From positions 128,001-192,000 of the forward strand of contig JBPCLP010000021.1 of assembly GCA_051003195.1 (NCBI GenBank): 64,000 nucleotides of DNA, read 5' to 3'. The stretch comes from Candidatus Sumerlaeaceae bacterium. GTDB lineage: Bacteria > Sumerlaeota > Sumerlaeia > Sumerlaeales > Sumerlaeaceae. Of the stretch, positions 30,092 through 39,731 are shown piece after piece; within the stretch, counting starts at the first letter, position 1; each line of letters begins with the position of its first letter. The notes below the pieces were generated by a model. That model made no database searches. It was not told the origin of the DNA and saw only the letters and a list, made by a program, of their open reading frames with translations. Both the position numbers and the translations under genes were made by a program.

Positions 30092-31560
30092 GGCTGCAGA
30101 ACCCGCGCCGCAGGATCATCGGTTCCGATAAGCTCGGCAAGCGGAGACGAGGTACGCCCGCGCCGAACTTCGAAGCGCACGCCCGAGGTCCTGCTACCGG
30201 GAATGGTACCCGCATGCCCGATCATCTGGCCCGCCTCCACAGTATCGCCTTCCGCGGCTTCAAAGCCGGACAAGTATGCATAAACCGAGAACAGTTGTGA
30301 CTCATGCTGCAATATCAGCGTGTTGCCATAGCCGCGCACCTGGCCAGCGAAAGCCACGGTTCCATTCGCTGCCGCAACCACCGCAGCGCCAGCTTCCGCA
30401 GGAAGCACGACTCCGCGCTCCTGTGGCCGGTTGACGTTCGGCGGGGGGTCCGGTTTGCTGCGACGGCTGCCCACGTCTGCCGGCATGGGAGTGCCTGGAT
30501 CAATGAGTGGGCTATACTGCGGGCCCGCGCGCGGCGGGGCGGGCGCAAAGGACGCGAAACTCTGCCGCTGGTCGTGCTCGCGCGCAACTCCTTCGGCTTC
30601 GAGTACTGCTTTTAGCGCTTCAACTGGAGGCACGCGTGCAGCGAGGATGGATATGGTTCGCTCACGCGCGAGATCGGACTGCGTCTGTGTGACCGAATAC
30701 CTGCTGCGTTCCACCTCGACCGTACTGGGTTCCGGAAACCCTGCGGGATTCCAGTTCAGCTCCTCGTTAGCGGGAGCAGCCTTGCCTGCTTCGGCAAAGG
30801 ATAGCTCTTCAGAGGCGCGATTTAGCGTCTCCCGGAGAGGCGAAGATGCCTGGATGAGTTCATCGGCGCTGTTTGCATCGTCGCGAAAGGTCGTGCGCAA
30901 CACCGCGATTTGAGCCGCGGCAACATCTGCGGCACCTGCCAGGTAGCAGGGACGCGCCCCGCGCGCCACGTGCAGCAGGTAAACGGCGCCGGCGCCATTA
31001 CGTACATTCGTGCTCCGCCGCTCCGCCGTGCGCGACAACGCGTCGAAAGCATTGGCTAAACGCGCCGCACGCCGGCGCAGCGCGTTCAGTCTACCGGCCG
31101 CCAGTTCTTCAGCGGAAGGGAGCAGTTCTACAAAGTTCCAGCGCTCCTGGATGAGGGATGCGAGCCCGTAGATATCGCCTTTGAAGGTGCGGGCAGCGGT
31201 CGCGGGCGATGACGGCACTTTTGGAGCAGTGTCTTTCCGCGGCGGCGGGTCTTTCTCCGCCTTACTTGAATTACTCCGGCTGCTTTCTTTCGCCTGTGCC
31301 TTAGAATTGTTGTTTCGCACGCTGGCTGCAGGCGTCGATTTAGCCGGCGCGAAACTCTTTTGAGGTTTTTCCGCGTTTCCTTCGGTTGCCACGGCCTTCG
31401 ATGTAGGTTTGGTATTAGCCTTGGGCGCAGGTGATTTTACGACGACATGGTTTGCGGGGGAGCTGCTTTGCTTATCCGGCGATGCTTTCTGAGCGTGTGC
31501 GGCGAGCGGCCACAGAAGACACAATCCGGGTGCAACGGTCGTGAACCAGCGGCAAATCAC
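30088..31560 (-). CDS. EnvC-like degenerate M23/LytM protein
   Basis: Signal peptide from GTG 31560; C-terminal VVAAANGTV...GYGNTLILQH...VRFEVR lacking HxxxD and HxH zinc ligands. Confidence 0.75.
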   Translation of the reverse strand: MICRWFTTVAPGLCLLWPLAAHAQKASPDKQSSSPANHVVVKSPAPKANTKPTSKAVATEGNAEKPQKSFAPAKSTPAASVRNNNSKAQAKESSRSNSSKAEKDPPPRKDTAPKVPSSPATAARTFKGDIYGLASLIQERWNFVELLPSAEELAAGRLNALRRRAARLANAFDALSRTAERRSTNVRNGAGAVYLLHVARGARPCYLAGAADVAAAQIAVLRTTFRDDANSADELIQASSPLRETLNRASEELSFAEAGKAAPANEELNWNPAGFPEPSTVEVERSRYSVTQTQSDLARERTISILAARVPPVEALKAVLEAEGVAREHDQRQSFASFAPAPPRAGPQYSPLIDPGTPMPADVGSRRSKPDPPPNVNRPQERGVVLPAEAGAAVVAAANGTVAFAGQVRGYGNTLILQHESQLFSVYAYLSGFEAAEGDTVEAGQMIGHAGTIPGSRTSGVRFEVRRGRTSSPLAELIGTDDPAARVLQP

Positions 31561-32366
31561 CGCCGTGCTTCCGAAGCGGGTCGTGCACGCAATGCCGAGG
31601 AGATGACGCCGGCAAGCAGCCAGAGCAGCGACATGAACAGCAACTCGCGCCAGCCAGCGATAATCGAATGCGACGGCAGCCGAAACTGAACAGCGGACGT
31701 GGAGTCGATTACCCGTAGCGCCAGCCAGGCACCGCTTAGCCCAATCAGAAATGCCATCAGTTGGCGGATGGCTTGAGCCAGCATCGCAGGCGCGTGCCTG
31801 CTCGTGCGCATAGCGTACAGCAGCAAGGCAATGCAAGAAACAGCCCACAGCCATCGGTGCATTGCAGAAGCGTACCAGTGCACATTTCGCGAAAATGCCA
31901 CGAGTTCCTCGAGTCCGTTGTCGTTAAAGACAACAAACTCCACCTCTGGCTCGCGGCTTATCTGGTCGCGTAAGGCACGCAGCAAGGCGGGATCATTCCC
32001 GCTACTTCTACAGCCTATCTCCGCCAGCACCGGAAGCCGTCCGATCTCGACATTCGGCAGCGATTTCATCCAGGGTTCCTGCAGTGCCAGCAGGCCGCGA
32101 GCTTCCGCGGGCCCAATAACACGAATGGTGGTTCCGGCTATGGAATTGGTCAGCCGTGATGCGAGACCCGCTGCCTGATCTTCCGTCACGCCGGCCCGCA
32201 AGACAGCATGCATCATCATGGCATCTGAGCTTCGTTGGTTGACCACGGTCTGCACACCGTTGCTGAGCCAGCCGGTCAGCAGCACGATATGGAGCAGAAC
32301 GCCGACCACTACGCAATCTGTACTGAATCTCGCGATTCGCGCTGCTCTTCCCGAAGAGAGTGGCAT
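31557..32366 (-). CDS. FtsX-like permease (divergent)
   Basis: TM, extracellular domain with EARGLL...RLPVLAEI, then three TMs; GTGA overlap with the EnvC-like gene. Confidence 0.55.
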   Translation of the reverse strand: MPLSSGRAARIARFSTDCVVVGVLLHIVLLTGWLSNGVQTVVNQRSSDAMMMHAVLRAGVTEDQAAGLASRLTNSIAGTTIRVIGPAEARGLLALQEPWMKSLPNVEIGRLPVLAEIGCRSSGNDPALLRALRDQISREPEVEFVVFNDNGLEELVAFSRNVHWYASAMHRWLWAVSCIALLLYAMRTSRHAPAMLAQAIRQLMAFLIGLSGAWLALRVIDSTSAVQFRLPSHSIIAGWRELLFMSLLWLLAGVISSALRARPASEARR

Positions 32367-32560
32367 TAGCGAGAAGCCGCACTCGGAGTTCTGTGCAGTT
32401 GGAGCGTTCGGTTTTCGAACGATTTAGTCAGCGCACAAAGCATGGGTCTTCAGCAAGATCAACAATCCACGATTTGAAATTGAGGCAGCGGGCCACTTAT
32501 CTGCAAGCGCTGCGCCTTGCGCTTGCGAAGTGCAATCTTCACTATGAGTCATTCAGCCTA

Positions 32561-33697
32561 ATGAATACAGAACCTGAATATCAGCCCGAAACTTTGGCGG
32601 TGCATGCCGGGCATCTTGCGACCGACAGCGTCAACCCGGTTGCGGGTCCAATCGTGCTTTCAAGTACCTACGTGCGCGACGCGAGTGGGCAACTGCCCGA
32701 AGGCTACATGTACTCGCGGTTAGGCAACCCAAACCGTACCGCCCTGGAGGAGTGCCTGGCCGTGCTTGAGCGTGGCGAGGCCTGCGCGGCGTTTGCATCC
32801 GGATCGGCTGCAACGATGGCTATTTTCCAGTCGCTCGCGCCGGGCGATCACGTATTGCAGGCGAGGCAAACCTATTACGGCACACTCAAAGTTGCGCGCG
32901 AGATCATGGAACGCTGGAACCTGGAAGTGTCGCTGGTCGATATGACCGATATCGCAGCGGTTCGGGCCGGCTTTCGTGAAAACACAAAGCTCATGTGGAT
33001 TGAGACGCCCTCGAACCCGCTGATCACGCTGACGGACATTGCACCCGTTGCCGCAGTCGCGCGCGAGCATCAGGCCACGCTCGTGGTCGATAACACCTTT
33101 GCCACGCCGCTGCTTCAGCAGCCGATACTTCTGGGAGCCGACCTGGTGATGCATGCAACCAGCAAATACATAGCGGGGCACAGCGATGTTGTAGGCGGCG
33201 CTGTGATCGCACGAAGCGCAACTGCCGGACTGTTCCCCGCGATCCGGAAAATCCAGACAGCCGGGGGCGCAGTTCCTTCGCCCTTTGATTGCTGGCTGAC
33301 CTTGCGTGGAATTCGCACGCTTCCTGTTCGTTTGCGCGCGCAGTGCGAGAACGCGGCTCGCATAGCGCAATGGCTGGCAGGGAACAGTAAAGTACACACC
33401 GTGCATTATCCAGGGCTGAGCTCGCACCCTTGGCATGACATCGCAGTGCGACAGATGAAGCATGCCGGTGCGATGCTCTCGTTCCAGGTAACAGGCGGGG
33501 CTGAAGCCGCATTACGCATCGCGGCAAATACTCGCGTCTTCACGCGCGCCACCAGCCTGGGCGGAGTCGAGAGCCTTATCGAACACCGCGCCAGTGTTGA
33601 GCAGGGCACCAATACACCTGATGATCTGTTGCGACTTTCCGTAGGCATTGAGCATGGTGATGACCTCGTCGCCGACCTGGAGCAGGCGATGCCCTAG
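32561..33697 (+). CDS. metB: Cystathionine gamma-synthase/lyase (Cys/Met metabolism PLP enzyme)
   Basis: YSRLGNP, ETPSNP, VDNTF, HATSKYIAGHSD, SLGGVESL, RLSVGIE; metB versus metC is uncertain. Confidence 0.85.
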   Translation: MNTEPEYQPETLAVHAGHLATDSVNPVAGPIVLSSTYVRDASGQLPEGYMYSRLGNPNRTALEECLAVLERGEACAAFASGSAATMAIFQSLAPGDHVLQARQTYYGTLKVAREIMERWNLEVSLVDMTDIAAVRAGFRENTKLMWIETPSNPLITLTDIAPVAAVAREHQATLVVDNTFATPLLQQPILLGADLVMHATSKYIAGHSDVVGGAVIARSATAGLFPAIRKIQTAGGAVPSPFDCWLTLRGIRTLPVRLRAQCENAARIAQWLAGNSKVHTVHYPGLSSHPWHDIAVRQMKHAGAMLSFQVTGGAEAALRIAANTRVFTRATSLGGVESLIEHRASVEQGTNTPDDLLRLSVGIEHGDDLVADLEQAMP

Positions 33698-33795
33698 TGT
33701 GCCGAATCAGTAGTTCAGTACCAGACCAAAGAGCAGACTTGGCCTCGATTCAGCACACACAGAACAGATTACGAGCTAACGGTAGATCACCCCAG
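33694..33795 (+). mobile_element. MITE-like element, subtype B-ii (B2), starting on the metB stop
   Basis: CTAG-TGTGCCGAATCAGTAGTTC...ACGAGCTAACGGTAGATCACC-CCAG. Confidence 0.8.
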
Positions 33796-33888
33796 GGTGC
33801 CGTCCCAGAAGTTCACAGCTATACTTCAGGAAGCTTTAGAGCTCGGACGCACACAAAACCAGTGAACCAATTAGGGACACCACACCAG
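33792..33888 (+). mobile_element. MITE-like element, subtype A (A2), in tandem after B2
   Basis: CCAG-GGTGCCGTCCCAGAAGTTCACAGCT...GGGACACCACA-CCAG. Confidence 0.8.
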
Positions 33889-34019
33889 TTTCTACGAATA
33901 TTATCTACGAATTCGCCGCCACAGGAGAACCACGGGATAAACCGCCCACGATCCGGCAAGCATCATGAAGTAACCGATCTTTGGGATCCAGTTGAACAGT
34001 TGCTGAAGCTTTTCGCGCA

Positions 34020-34808
34020 TCAGTTTGAGGGCAGGTTCTCGGTTCCAGGTTCGCCCGCGTAGAGGACACGCCATAAGAACAAACCGTTCGGCTGGAGTGT
34101 CGTCGCTTCATTGCGGCGCTGTCCCGACGCAAGCATCGCGAGAACTTCATTCACCGTCAGTTTTCCGCGCGCGCACGACACCATCGTGCCAGCCAGGATG
34201 CGCACCATGTTCTGCAAAAATGACCGACATCGAAAGTCGAGCGTGATAATTCCTTCGGCGGATTGTTGAATCTCGATTGGCAAAAGATCCAGCCTGGTGC
34301 GGACGGCGGTACACGTGATTGCGCGAAATGCCTGGAAGTCGTGATTCCCGGAAAGGGCGTCCGCCGCTTCCTGCATTTGGCGCATGTCGAGCCGCCCGAT
34401 GACATGAGACAGGTACTGCGCTGCGACGGCCGGCCGCACGCTCCGGTTGCACAGGAAATACCGATACCAGCGCAGGCGCGCGGACTTCCGCGCATCAAAA
34501 TTCATTGGCATTTCCTGCGCATCGGAGATGGCGACGTCCGAGGGCAGATGGAGCAGCGTCGCGCGTTCTATCGCCCGTGGCTCCAGCGAAGTTGTGGTGT
34601 GGAAGTTCACCACCTGCCCGATTGCGTGCACGCCGGAGTCGGTTCTCCCGGCGGCGTTCACCCGTACAGCGTGCCCGAGCTGGCGTTCCAGCGCCTCCTC
34701 CAGCACCTGCTGTACTGCCAGGCCATTTTTCTGCCGCTGCCAGCCCGCATAACGGCCACCATCATATTCCACGGTCAGGCGAATGTTGCGAGAATTGCCG
34801 GTGCCCAC
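34020..34808 (-). CDS. truA: tRNA pseudouridine(38-40) synthase
   Basis: EYDG..YAGWQRQ, GRTDSGVHA, FLQNMVRI; AGGA ahead of GTG 34808. Confidence 0.95.
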   Translation of the reverse strand: MGTGNSRNIRLTVEYDGGRYAGWQRQKNGLAVQQVLEEALERQLGHAVRVNAAGRTDSGVHAIGQVVNFHTTTSLEPRAIERATLLHLPSDVAISDAQEMPMNFDARKSARLRWYRYFLCNRSVRPAVAAQYLSHVIGRLDMRQMQEAADALSGNHDFQAFRAITCTAVRTRLDLLPIEIQQSAEGIITLDFRCRSFLQNMVRILAGTMVSCARGKLTVNEVLAMLASGQRRNEATTLQPNGLFLWRVLYAGEPGTENLPSN

Positions 34809-34886
34809 TGCAATTTCCTGTTGCCGTGGGGAGCGGTCATGTGATGGTCTATGTCCCAAGTTGTATTGAGTAGAACGGTGCTGAAG

Positions 34887-35330
34887 ATGGACGATTCAAC
34901 CAAAGACGCTGACCGCATAGCCGAGGGACCTGATGTGCCGAATCAGAAGTTCCTATCCAGTTTGAGCGCGGAAGATGAGCTCAAATCGGCACACAGAACC
35001 GAATATGAATTAACGGTAGACCACACTAAGTTGCTGCCTGCGGCGCCAAAGCTGCTGCCGGTACCTTATCACGAGCCGGAGTTGGAACACGATCGGGTTG
35101 GTGAGGGTTACCGTGTGCTGCTGTTCAACGATGAAGTCCATTCCATGGTCGAGGTTGCGCTGCAACTGATGAAGGCATTGCATTGCTCGCTCGAAATCGC
35201 CGGTTCGATTATGCTGCGGGCGCACAGCAATGGCAGAACGGTGGTAACGATCACCAGCCGCCGCGACGCCGAACGGATTGCCGGGATATTGCGCGAGATT
35301 GCTCTGCTGGTCAGCGTTGACCGGCTCTAA
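34887..35330 (+). CDS. clpS: ATP-dependent Clp protease adaptor
   Basis: YRVLLFNDEVH...IMLRAH..G; start is either ATG 34887 (repeat translated) or TTG 35031. Confidence 0.85.
   Translation: MDDSTKDADRIAEGPDVPNQKFLSSLSAEDELKSAHRTEYELTVDHTKLLPAAPKLLPVPYHEPELEHDRVGEGYRVLLFNDEVHSMVEVALQLMKALHCSLEIAGSIMLRAHSNGRTVVTITSRRDAERIAGILREIALLVSVDRL
34930..35029 (+). mobile_element. MITE-like element, subtype B-i (B3), in frame with clpS
   Basis: Near-identical to B1; flanks CTGA and CTAA; encodes VPNQKFLSSLSAEDELKSAHRTEYELTVDHT. Confidence 0.85.
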
Positions 35331-35378
35331 TTCGGAATCCCGACGAACACTTCAAAACCTTCAGATGCATCACACGCG

Positions 35379-36569
35379 CTGGACGATGCTGCCAGGCAAC
35401 TGGAAGCACTGACTGCAACGGGCCTGCGCCGTCGACTGACAATTGCTGAATCGACAAGTTCGACGCATATCGTCGTCGACGGTCAGCCTCTCATCAACTT
35501 CTCGTCTAACGATTACCTGAACCTTGCCTGCGATCCGCGAGTGATCGCCGCGGCAGCCGATGCCATTGCCCGCTATGGTGCGGGTGCTCGTTCTTCGCGG
35601 CTCGTGTGCGGCAACCTGTCCGTTCACGAGGAACTGGAGACCGAACTCGCAGCTTTCAAACGCACCGAAGCCGCACTCGTATTTTCGTCGGGCTACCTTG
35701 CAAATATAGGTGTAATCCAGGCGTTGTCCCAGCGTGCAGATGGAAGCCAGGTCCCGGTTTTCTTCGACCGTTTGTCGCATGCATGCATTGTAGATGGCGC
35801 GCTGGCGACTGGCAGGAACTGGCGGACCTTTGCGCACGATGAGGCATTTCAGTTAGGTCAGCAACTGGCGCGGCTGCCCTCGCGTCTGTCACCGCGTGCG
35901 CTGGTGGTAACGGAAGGCGTCTTCTCAATGGATGGAGACATGGCCGACCTTGGCCGGCTGCTCAAGGTCTGCCAAATGTACAAATCGTTGCTCGTCGTCG
36001 ATGATGCACATGGTACGGGTACTGTCGGTCGCAATGGTCGGGGGACCGCAGCCTACTTTAAAATCACGGATAGTCCACGGATCGTACATGTCGGGACGCT
36101 CAGCAAATCACTTGGCAGCCAGGGCGGCTTTGTTGCTGCCAGTCGTAGCATTATTGACCTTCTGATCAATCGAGCGCGGACATTCATTTTCGATACCGGG
36201 CTGGCACCCGCAAGTGCCGCGGCCGCATTGCAGTCGCTCCGAATTCTGCAGCAGGAGCCAGGGCGCGTATTGACTCTTCAGAAGAACGCGCGTCTGCTCC
36301 GCGAGCAGCTTTTACAGCCCATCGTTCATACGCTGCCTGCCGGCCAGACACCTATCGTACCCGTAATCCTTGGCGAACCAGAGCACGCAGTCGACGCCTC
36401 CCGTGAATTGCTGCACAAAGGGATGTTTGTCGGTGCCATCCGTCCCCCAACAGTACCCAAAGGCACCAGCCGACTGCGAATTACCCTCAGCAGCGCACAC
36501 ACACAGGAGCAGATTAAAGCCCTGGCAGCACACGTCAGAAAAATGTGCGAAGTTCCCAGCAGGGAATAA
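35379..36569 (+). CDS. bioF: 8-amino-7-oxononanoate synthase; no canonical start codon
   Basis: NFSSNDYL upstream of the ORF-track start, SSGYLAN, EGVFSMDGD, DDAHG, GTLSKSLG, AIRPPTVP; CTG 35379 is a provisional start. Confidence 0.9.
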   Translation: MDDAARQLEALTATGLRRRLTIAESTSSTHIVVDGQPLINFSSNDYLNLACDPRVIAAAADAIARYGAGARSSRLVCGNLSVHEELETELAAFKRTEAALVFSSGYLANIGVIQALSQRADGSQVPVFFDRLSHACIVDGALATGRNWRTFAHDEAFQLGQQLARLPSRLSPRALVVTEGVFSMDGDMADLGRLLKVCQMYKSLLVVDDAHGTGTVGRNGRGTAAYFKITDSPRIVHVGTLSKSLGSQGGFVAASRSIIDLLINRARTFIFDTGLAPASAAAALQSLRILQQEPGRVLTLQKNARLLREQLLQPIVHTLPAGQTPIVPVILGEPEHAVDASRELLHKGMFVGAIRPPTVPKGTSRLRITLSSAHTQEQIKALAAHVRKMCEVPSRE

Positions 36570-36579
36570 GGGACGCATG

Positions 36580-36679
36580 CTGGGGCGGTGTCCCATGAAT
36601 TCGTTCACTGGTTTTGTGTGCCGTCCGAGCTCGAAAGCTTCCTGAAGTATAGCTATGAACTTCTGGGACGGCACACTAT
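36580..36679 (-). mobile_element. MITE-like element, subtype A (A3)
   Basis: Reverse complement matches A1 over 100 bp; begins 11 bp after the bioF stop. Confidence 0.85.
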
Positions 36680-36775
36680 TGTGCCGAATCAGTAGTTCCT
36701 TACCAGACCAAAGGGCAGACTTGACCTCGATTCGGCACACAGAACGGATTACGAATTAACGGTAGACCACACCAG
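36676..36775 (+). mobile_element. MITE-like element, subtype B-ii (B4), head-to-head with A3
   Basis: CTAT-TGTGCCGAATCAGTAGTTCCTTACCAG...GATTCGGCACAC...GGTAGACCACA-CCAG. Confidence 0.85.
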
Positions 36776-36894
36776 GTCCGGTTATACGGTGCGCAGTTCA
36801 TTGAAAACCCATGACGGTCCCGTTTCTGCTGGCAACCATCTCATTTCACTGTCGGGCTGTCGCGGATGTTTTGCAACCTGGCTGGAGGTCACAC

Positions 36895-38571
36895 GTGCCC
36901 AAGGCACCCACACACGTAATCGGAATCGACGTCGGCACCGGCAGCGCACGCGCAGGCGTGTTCGATCTCAACGGACACATGGCCGGCGTAGGTGTGAAGC
37001 TGATCCAGATATGGAAGCCGGAGCCCGACTTTGCGGAGCAGTCATCCGCGGACATCTGGCGCGCCGTCTGTGCCGCCACAAAGGCCGCACTGAAACAATC
37101 GCATATAGAGTCCACGGCCATCGCGGGCGTTGCGTACGATGCCACGTGTTCACTGGTTGCCATCGATCACAATGGCGATCCTGTGACGATGAGCCCGACT
37201 GGCGCCGACGAACAGAACATCATCATGTGGATGGACCACCGCGCCATGGCTGAAGCCGCCCGCCTGACAAAGCAGGGTCACGATGTGATCCGTTACCTGG
37301 GCGGGGTGGTGTCACCCGAGCACCAGATTCCAAAGCTAATGTGGCTGAAAAAAAATCTGCCGAAAAGCTGGGGACGGGCTACCCGGTTTTTCGATCTTCC
37401 GGATTGGCTGGCATTCCGCAGCACCGCGCGCGATGTAAGGAGCCTTTGCACAACCGTGTGCAAATGGACATATCTTGCGCATGAAAAGGACGCTGTGCGC
37501 CGGTGGCATCGCGAGTTTTTTCGTAAGAACGGCCTGCTTGAACTGCTGTCGGAAAACCGCATCGGGGCCGAAGTCGAGCCGATGGGCAACTGCTGCGGTG
37601 GGCTCACGGTGCGGGCCGCAAGGGAACTGGGGCTGGAGCCCGGTACCCCGGTGGCGGTCGGAATTATCGATGCGCACGCTGGCGGGTTGGGTGTGCTGGG
37701 CATGACACCTGAAAAGAAAAACAAAGTAAAGGCGGCAGAACGCGGTTCAAAGCGACCCGGTTTCGACGACGTACTCTGCCTCATCGGCGGCACGTCCACG
37801 TGTCACATGGTGGTCAGCCCCAAGGCGCGATTCGTGCCGGGCGTATGGGGACCCTATTTCAGTGCGATGGTTCCCGGCCTGTGGCTGAATGAAGGTGGCC
37901 AGAGCGCGACGGGCGCCCTGATGGATTACGTGATTACCACGCATGCGCGCTACGCGGACGCGCTTGCTGAAGCGAAGGCCGCAAGGCAGAGCATTTACGA
38001 ATATCTGAACGCGCAGGTTGATCGCCTTGCATCCGAAGCACGAGTGAAACATCGAGCCGAGTTGACGCGCAGTTTTCATGTGCTACCTTACTTTCATGGA
38101 AACCGTTCGCCCAACGCGGATCCGAACGCGCGCGGTGCGATCCATGGGCTGGCACTGCATGCCACCTTGGATGACCTCGCTCTCCTGTACTACGCCACAA
38201 TCCAGGCAATTGCCTACGGTACGCGCGACATCATTGAAGCGCTGAATGCAAAAGGCTACACAATCACACGGTTGCACGCTACCGGCGGCGGCACAAAGAA
38301 CCCGCTGTGGATGCAGGAGCACGCGGATGCTACGGGGTGCGACATCCTGCTTCCGCGCGAACCCGAAGCCGTGTTGCTGGGAAGCGCAATTCTGGCAGCC
38401 GTGGGTGCTGGCATTTACCCCGATATTCATGAGGCCATGCGCGCGATGAGTGCTTCGGGTGGGGCCATCCGCGCGAATTCAAAGACAGCGGCGTATCACA
38501 CCAGGAAGATGCGCATCCATCGCGAACTTTACCGCGACCAGCTGAAATATAACGAGATAACACATACTTAA
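36895..38571 (+). CDS. FGGY-family pentulose kinase (D-ribulokinase-like)
   Basis: GGAGG then GTG; IGIDVGTGS, DATCS, WMDHRA, IDAHAG, GTSTC, EGGQS, FHGNRSP. Confidence 0.92.
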   Translation: MPKAPTHVIGIDVGTGSARAGVFDLNGHMAGVGVKLIQIWKPEPDFAEQSSADIWRAVCAATKAALKQSHIESTAIAGVAYDATCSLVAIDHNGDPVTMSPTGADEQNIIMWMDHRAMAEAARLTKQGHDVIRYLGGVVSPEHQIPKLMWLKKNLPKSWGRATRFFDLPDWLAFRSTARDVRSLCTTVCKWTYLAHEKDAVRRWHREFFRKNGLLELLSENRIGAEVEPMGNCCGGLTVRAARELGLEPGTPVAVGIIDAHAGGLGVLGMTPEKKNKVKAAERGSKRPGFDDVLCLIGGTSTCHMVVSPKARFVPGVWGPYFSAMVPGLWLNEGGQSATGALMDYVITTHARYADALAEAKAARQSIYEYLNAQVDRLASEARVKHRAELTRSFHVLPYFHGNRSPNADPNARGAIHGLALHATLDDLALLYYATIQAIAYGTRDIIEALNAKGYTITRLHATGGGTKNPLWMQEHADATGCDILLPREPEAVLLGSAILAAVGAGIYPDIHEAMRAMSASGGAIRANSKTAAYHTRKMRIHRELYRDQLKYNEITHT

Positions 38572-38805
38572 TTCAATCGCAGCTCATTTACGGAAAAGCC
38601 TGAATGAAACACTGAGCCGGCACTAGTTTGTCCCGTAGCACGAGAAGACCTCCGTCAAACGGAGGGAAGCAAGTTTCTGGTTCTGTCGCTTAACTGTCTG
38701 GCATTTCACGTAGCCGGTTGAGTTTCACCTCCCGGCTCAGTTTCCCCGTTTCAAAGATTCATCTTCTCCTAATTCAGGGGCATGTCCCCAATCTGGAGGC
38801 CAATC

Positions 38806-39012
38806 ATGGCTAATGGAACCGTAAAATGGTTCAACGACTCGAAGGGATTCGGGTTTATCACACAGGACAATGGTCCTGATCTGTTCGTGCATCACACGGC
38901 AATCGCAAGTGAAGGCTATCGCAGCCTGAACGAGGGCGACCGTGTAACGTTCGAAGCCGGCAGCGGCCCTCGTGGCCCGCAGGCGAGCAACGTTCGTCGC
39001 GACGCAGCATAA
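38806..39012 (+). CDS. cspA: Cold-shock protein
   Basis: [15 protein letters not shown]...DLFVHH; GGAGG ribosome-binding site. Confidence 0.95.
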   Translation: MANGTVKWFNDSKGFGFITQDNGPDLFVHHTAIASEGYRSLNEGDRVTFEAGSGPRGPQASNVRRDAA

Positions 39013-39052
39013 AGTTCTGTGCTGCTAACGCGGCACATAGCCTGAAAGCATT

Positions 39053-39089
39053 CAGCGCCGGCAGGGTTCATCCCGCCGGCGCTGTTTTT
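39053..39089 (+). terminator. Rho-independent terminator of cspA
   Basis: CAGCGCCGGC / GCCGGCGCTG stem followed by T5. Confidence 0.85.
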
Positions 39090-39399
39090 ATATCAAGTTG
39101 GGCTATGAAAATATGGATTCTGGTGGGGACGCCTGATCAGCGCTCTCAGCGTGATTTAGATCAGGATCTTCGAGCCTTGTGCCAGGATAGTGCTGCAAGA
39201 GGTAAAAACATCCATGCGGTGGCTGCTGCAACACATTTGCCGAGTCATGCTGGCATGGTGTAATGAAGGGCCATCAGCGAACCCATGGTGAGGCAACACA
39301 ACATGCCGATCAAAATATGTAACCACCTGGGGTTCACGACACTCACCTTCTACACACTGCGAAACAGGTCTATCAATTACACGCTAGCTGCCCAGTCGA

Positions 39400-39684
39400 T
39401 TAAGCCAGCTTAAATTTGCCGTTATTACCAGCAGCGACGGGCAGTTCCTGTGGCTCTTCCTGCTGCAGGATACGAATCATGGTCAGAAGTCTGCGCAGCA
39501 TCTTTTTCTGTCTGCCGCCCGCATAGGGAATACTGCTGAAGTCTGACAGAAGTATTTCGCAGCGCTCACACGCACGTAAATCCTGCGCACGATGAAGCGC
39601 CGCAAATAAACAGTCTCGCGCCGCAATCCCGGGAATTGCATGAGCATATTCCAAAACGCTGGTCCGAGTTAAACCCATCAACAC
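39400..39684 (-). CDS. Hypothetical protein
   Basis: 94-aa ORF with an AGAGG-like RBS; no recognisable motif. Confidence 0.35.
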   Translation of the reverse strand: MLMGLTRTSVLEYAHAIPGIAARDCLFAALHRAQDLRACERCEILLSDFSSIPYAGGRQKKMLRRLLTMIRILQQEEPQELPVAAGNNGKFKLA

Positions 39685-39731
39685 ACCCTCTTCTTGGTAT
39701 TAAAACTTCAAAACGATCGTGCAACGTAACT

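Noticed and set aside
34835..34933. Possible very degenerate element head-to-head with B3, and similar candidates at 24280-24358 and 33885-33991
   Set aside because: Only short motif resemblance (TAGACCA, ACGAATA); I cannot align them convincingly by eye.
38575..38800. Riboswitch or named ncRNA upstream of cspA
   Set aside because: Hairpins are present, as expected for a cspA 5' UTR, but I recognise no family consensus.
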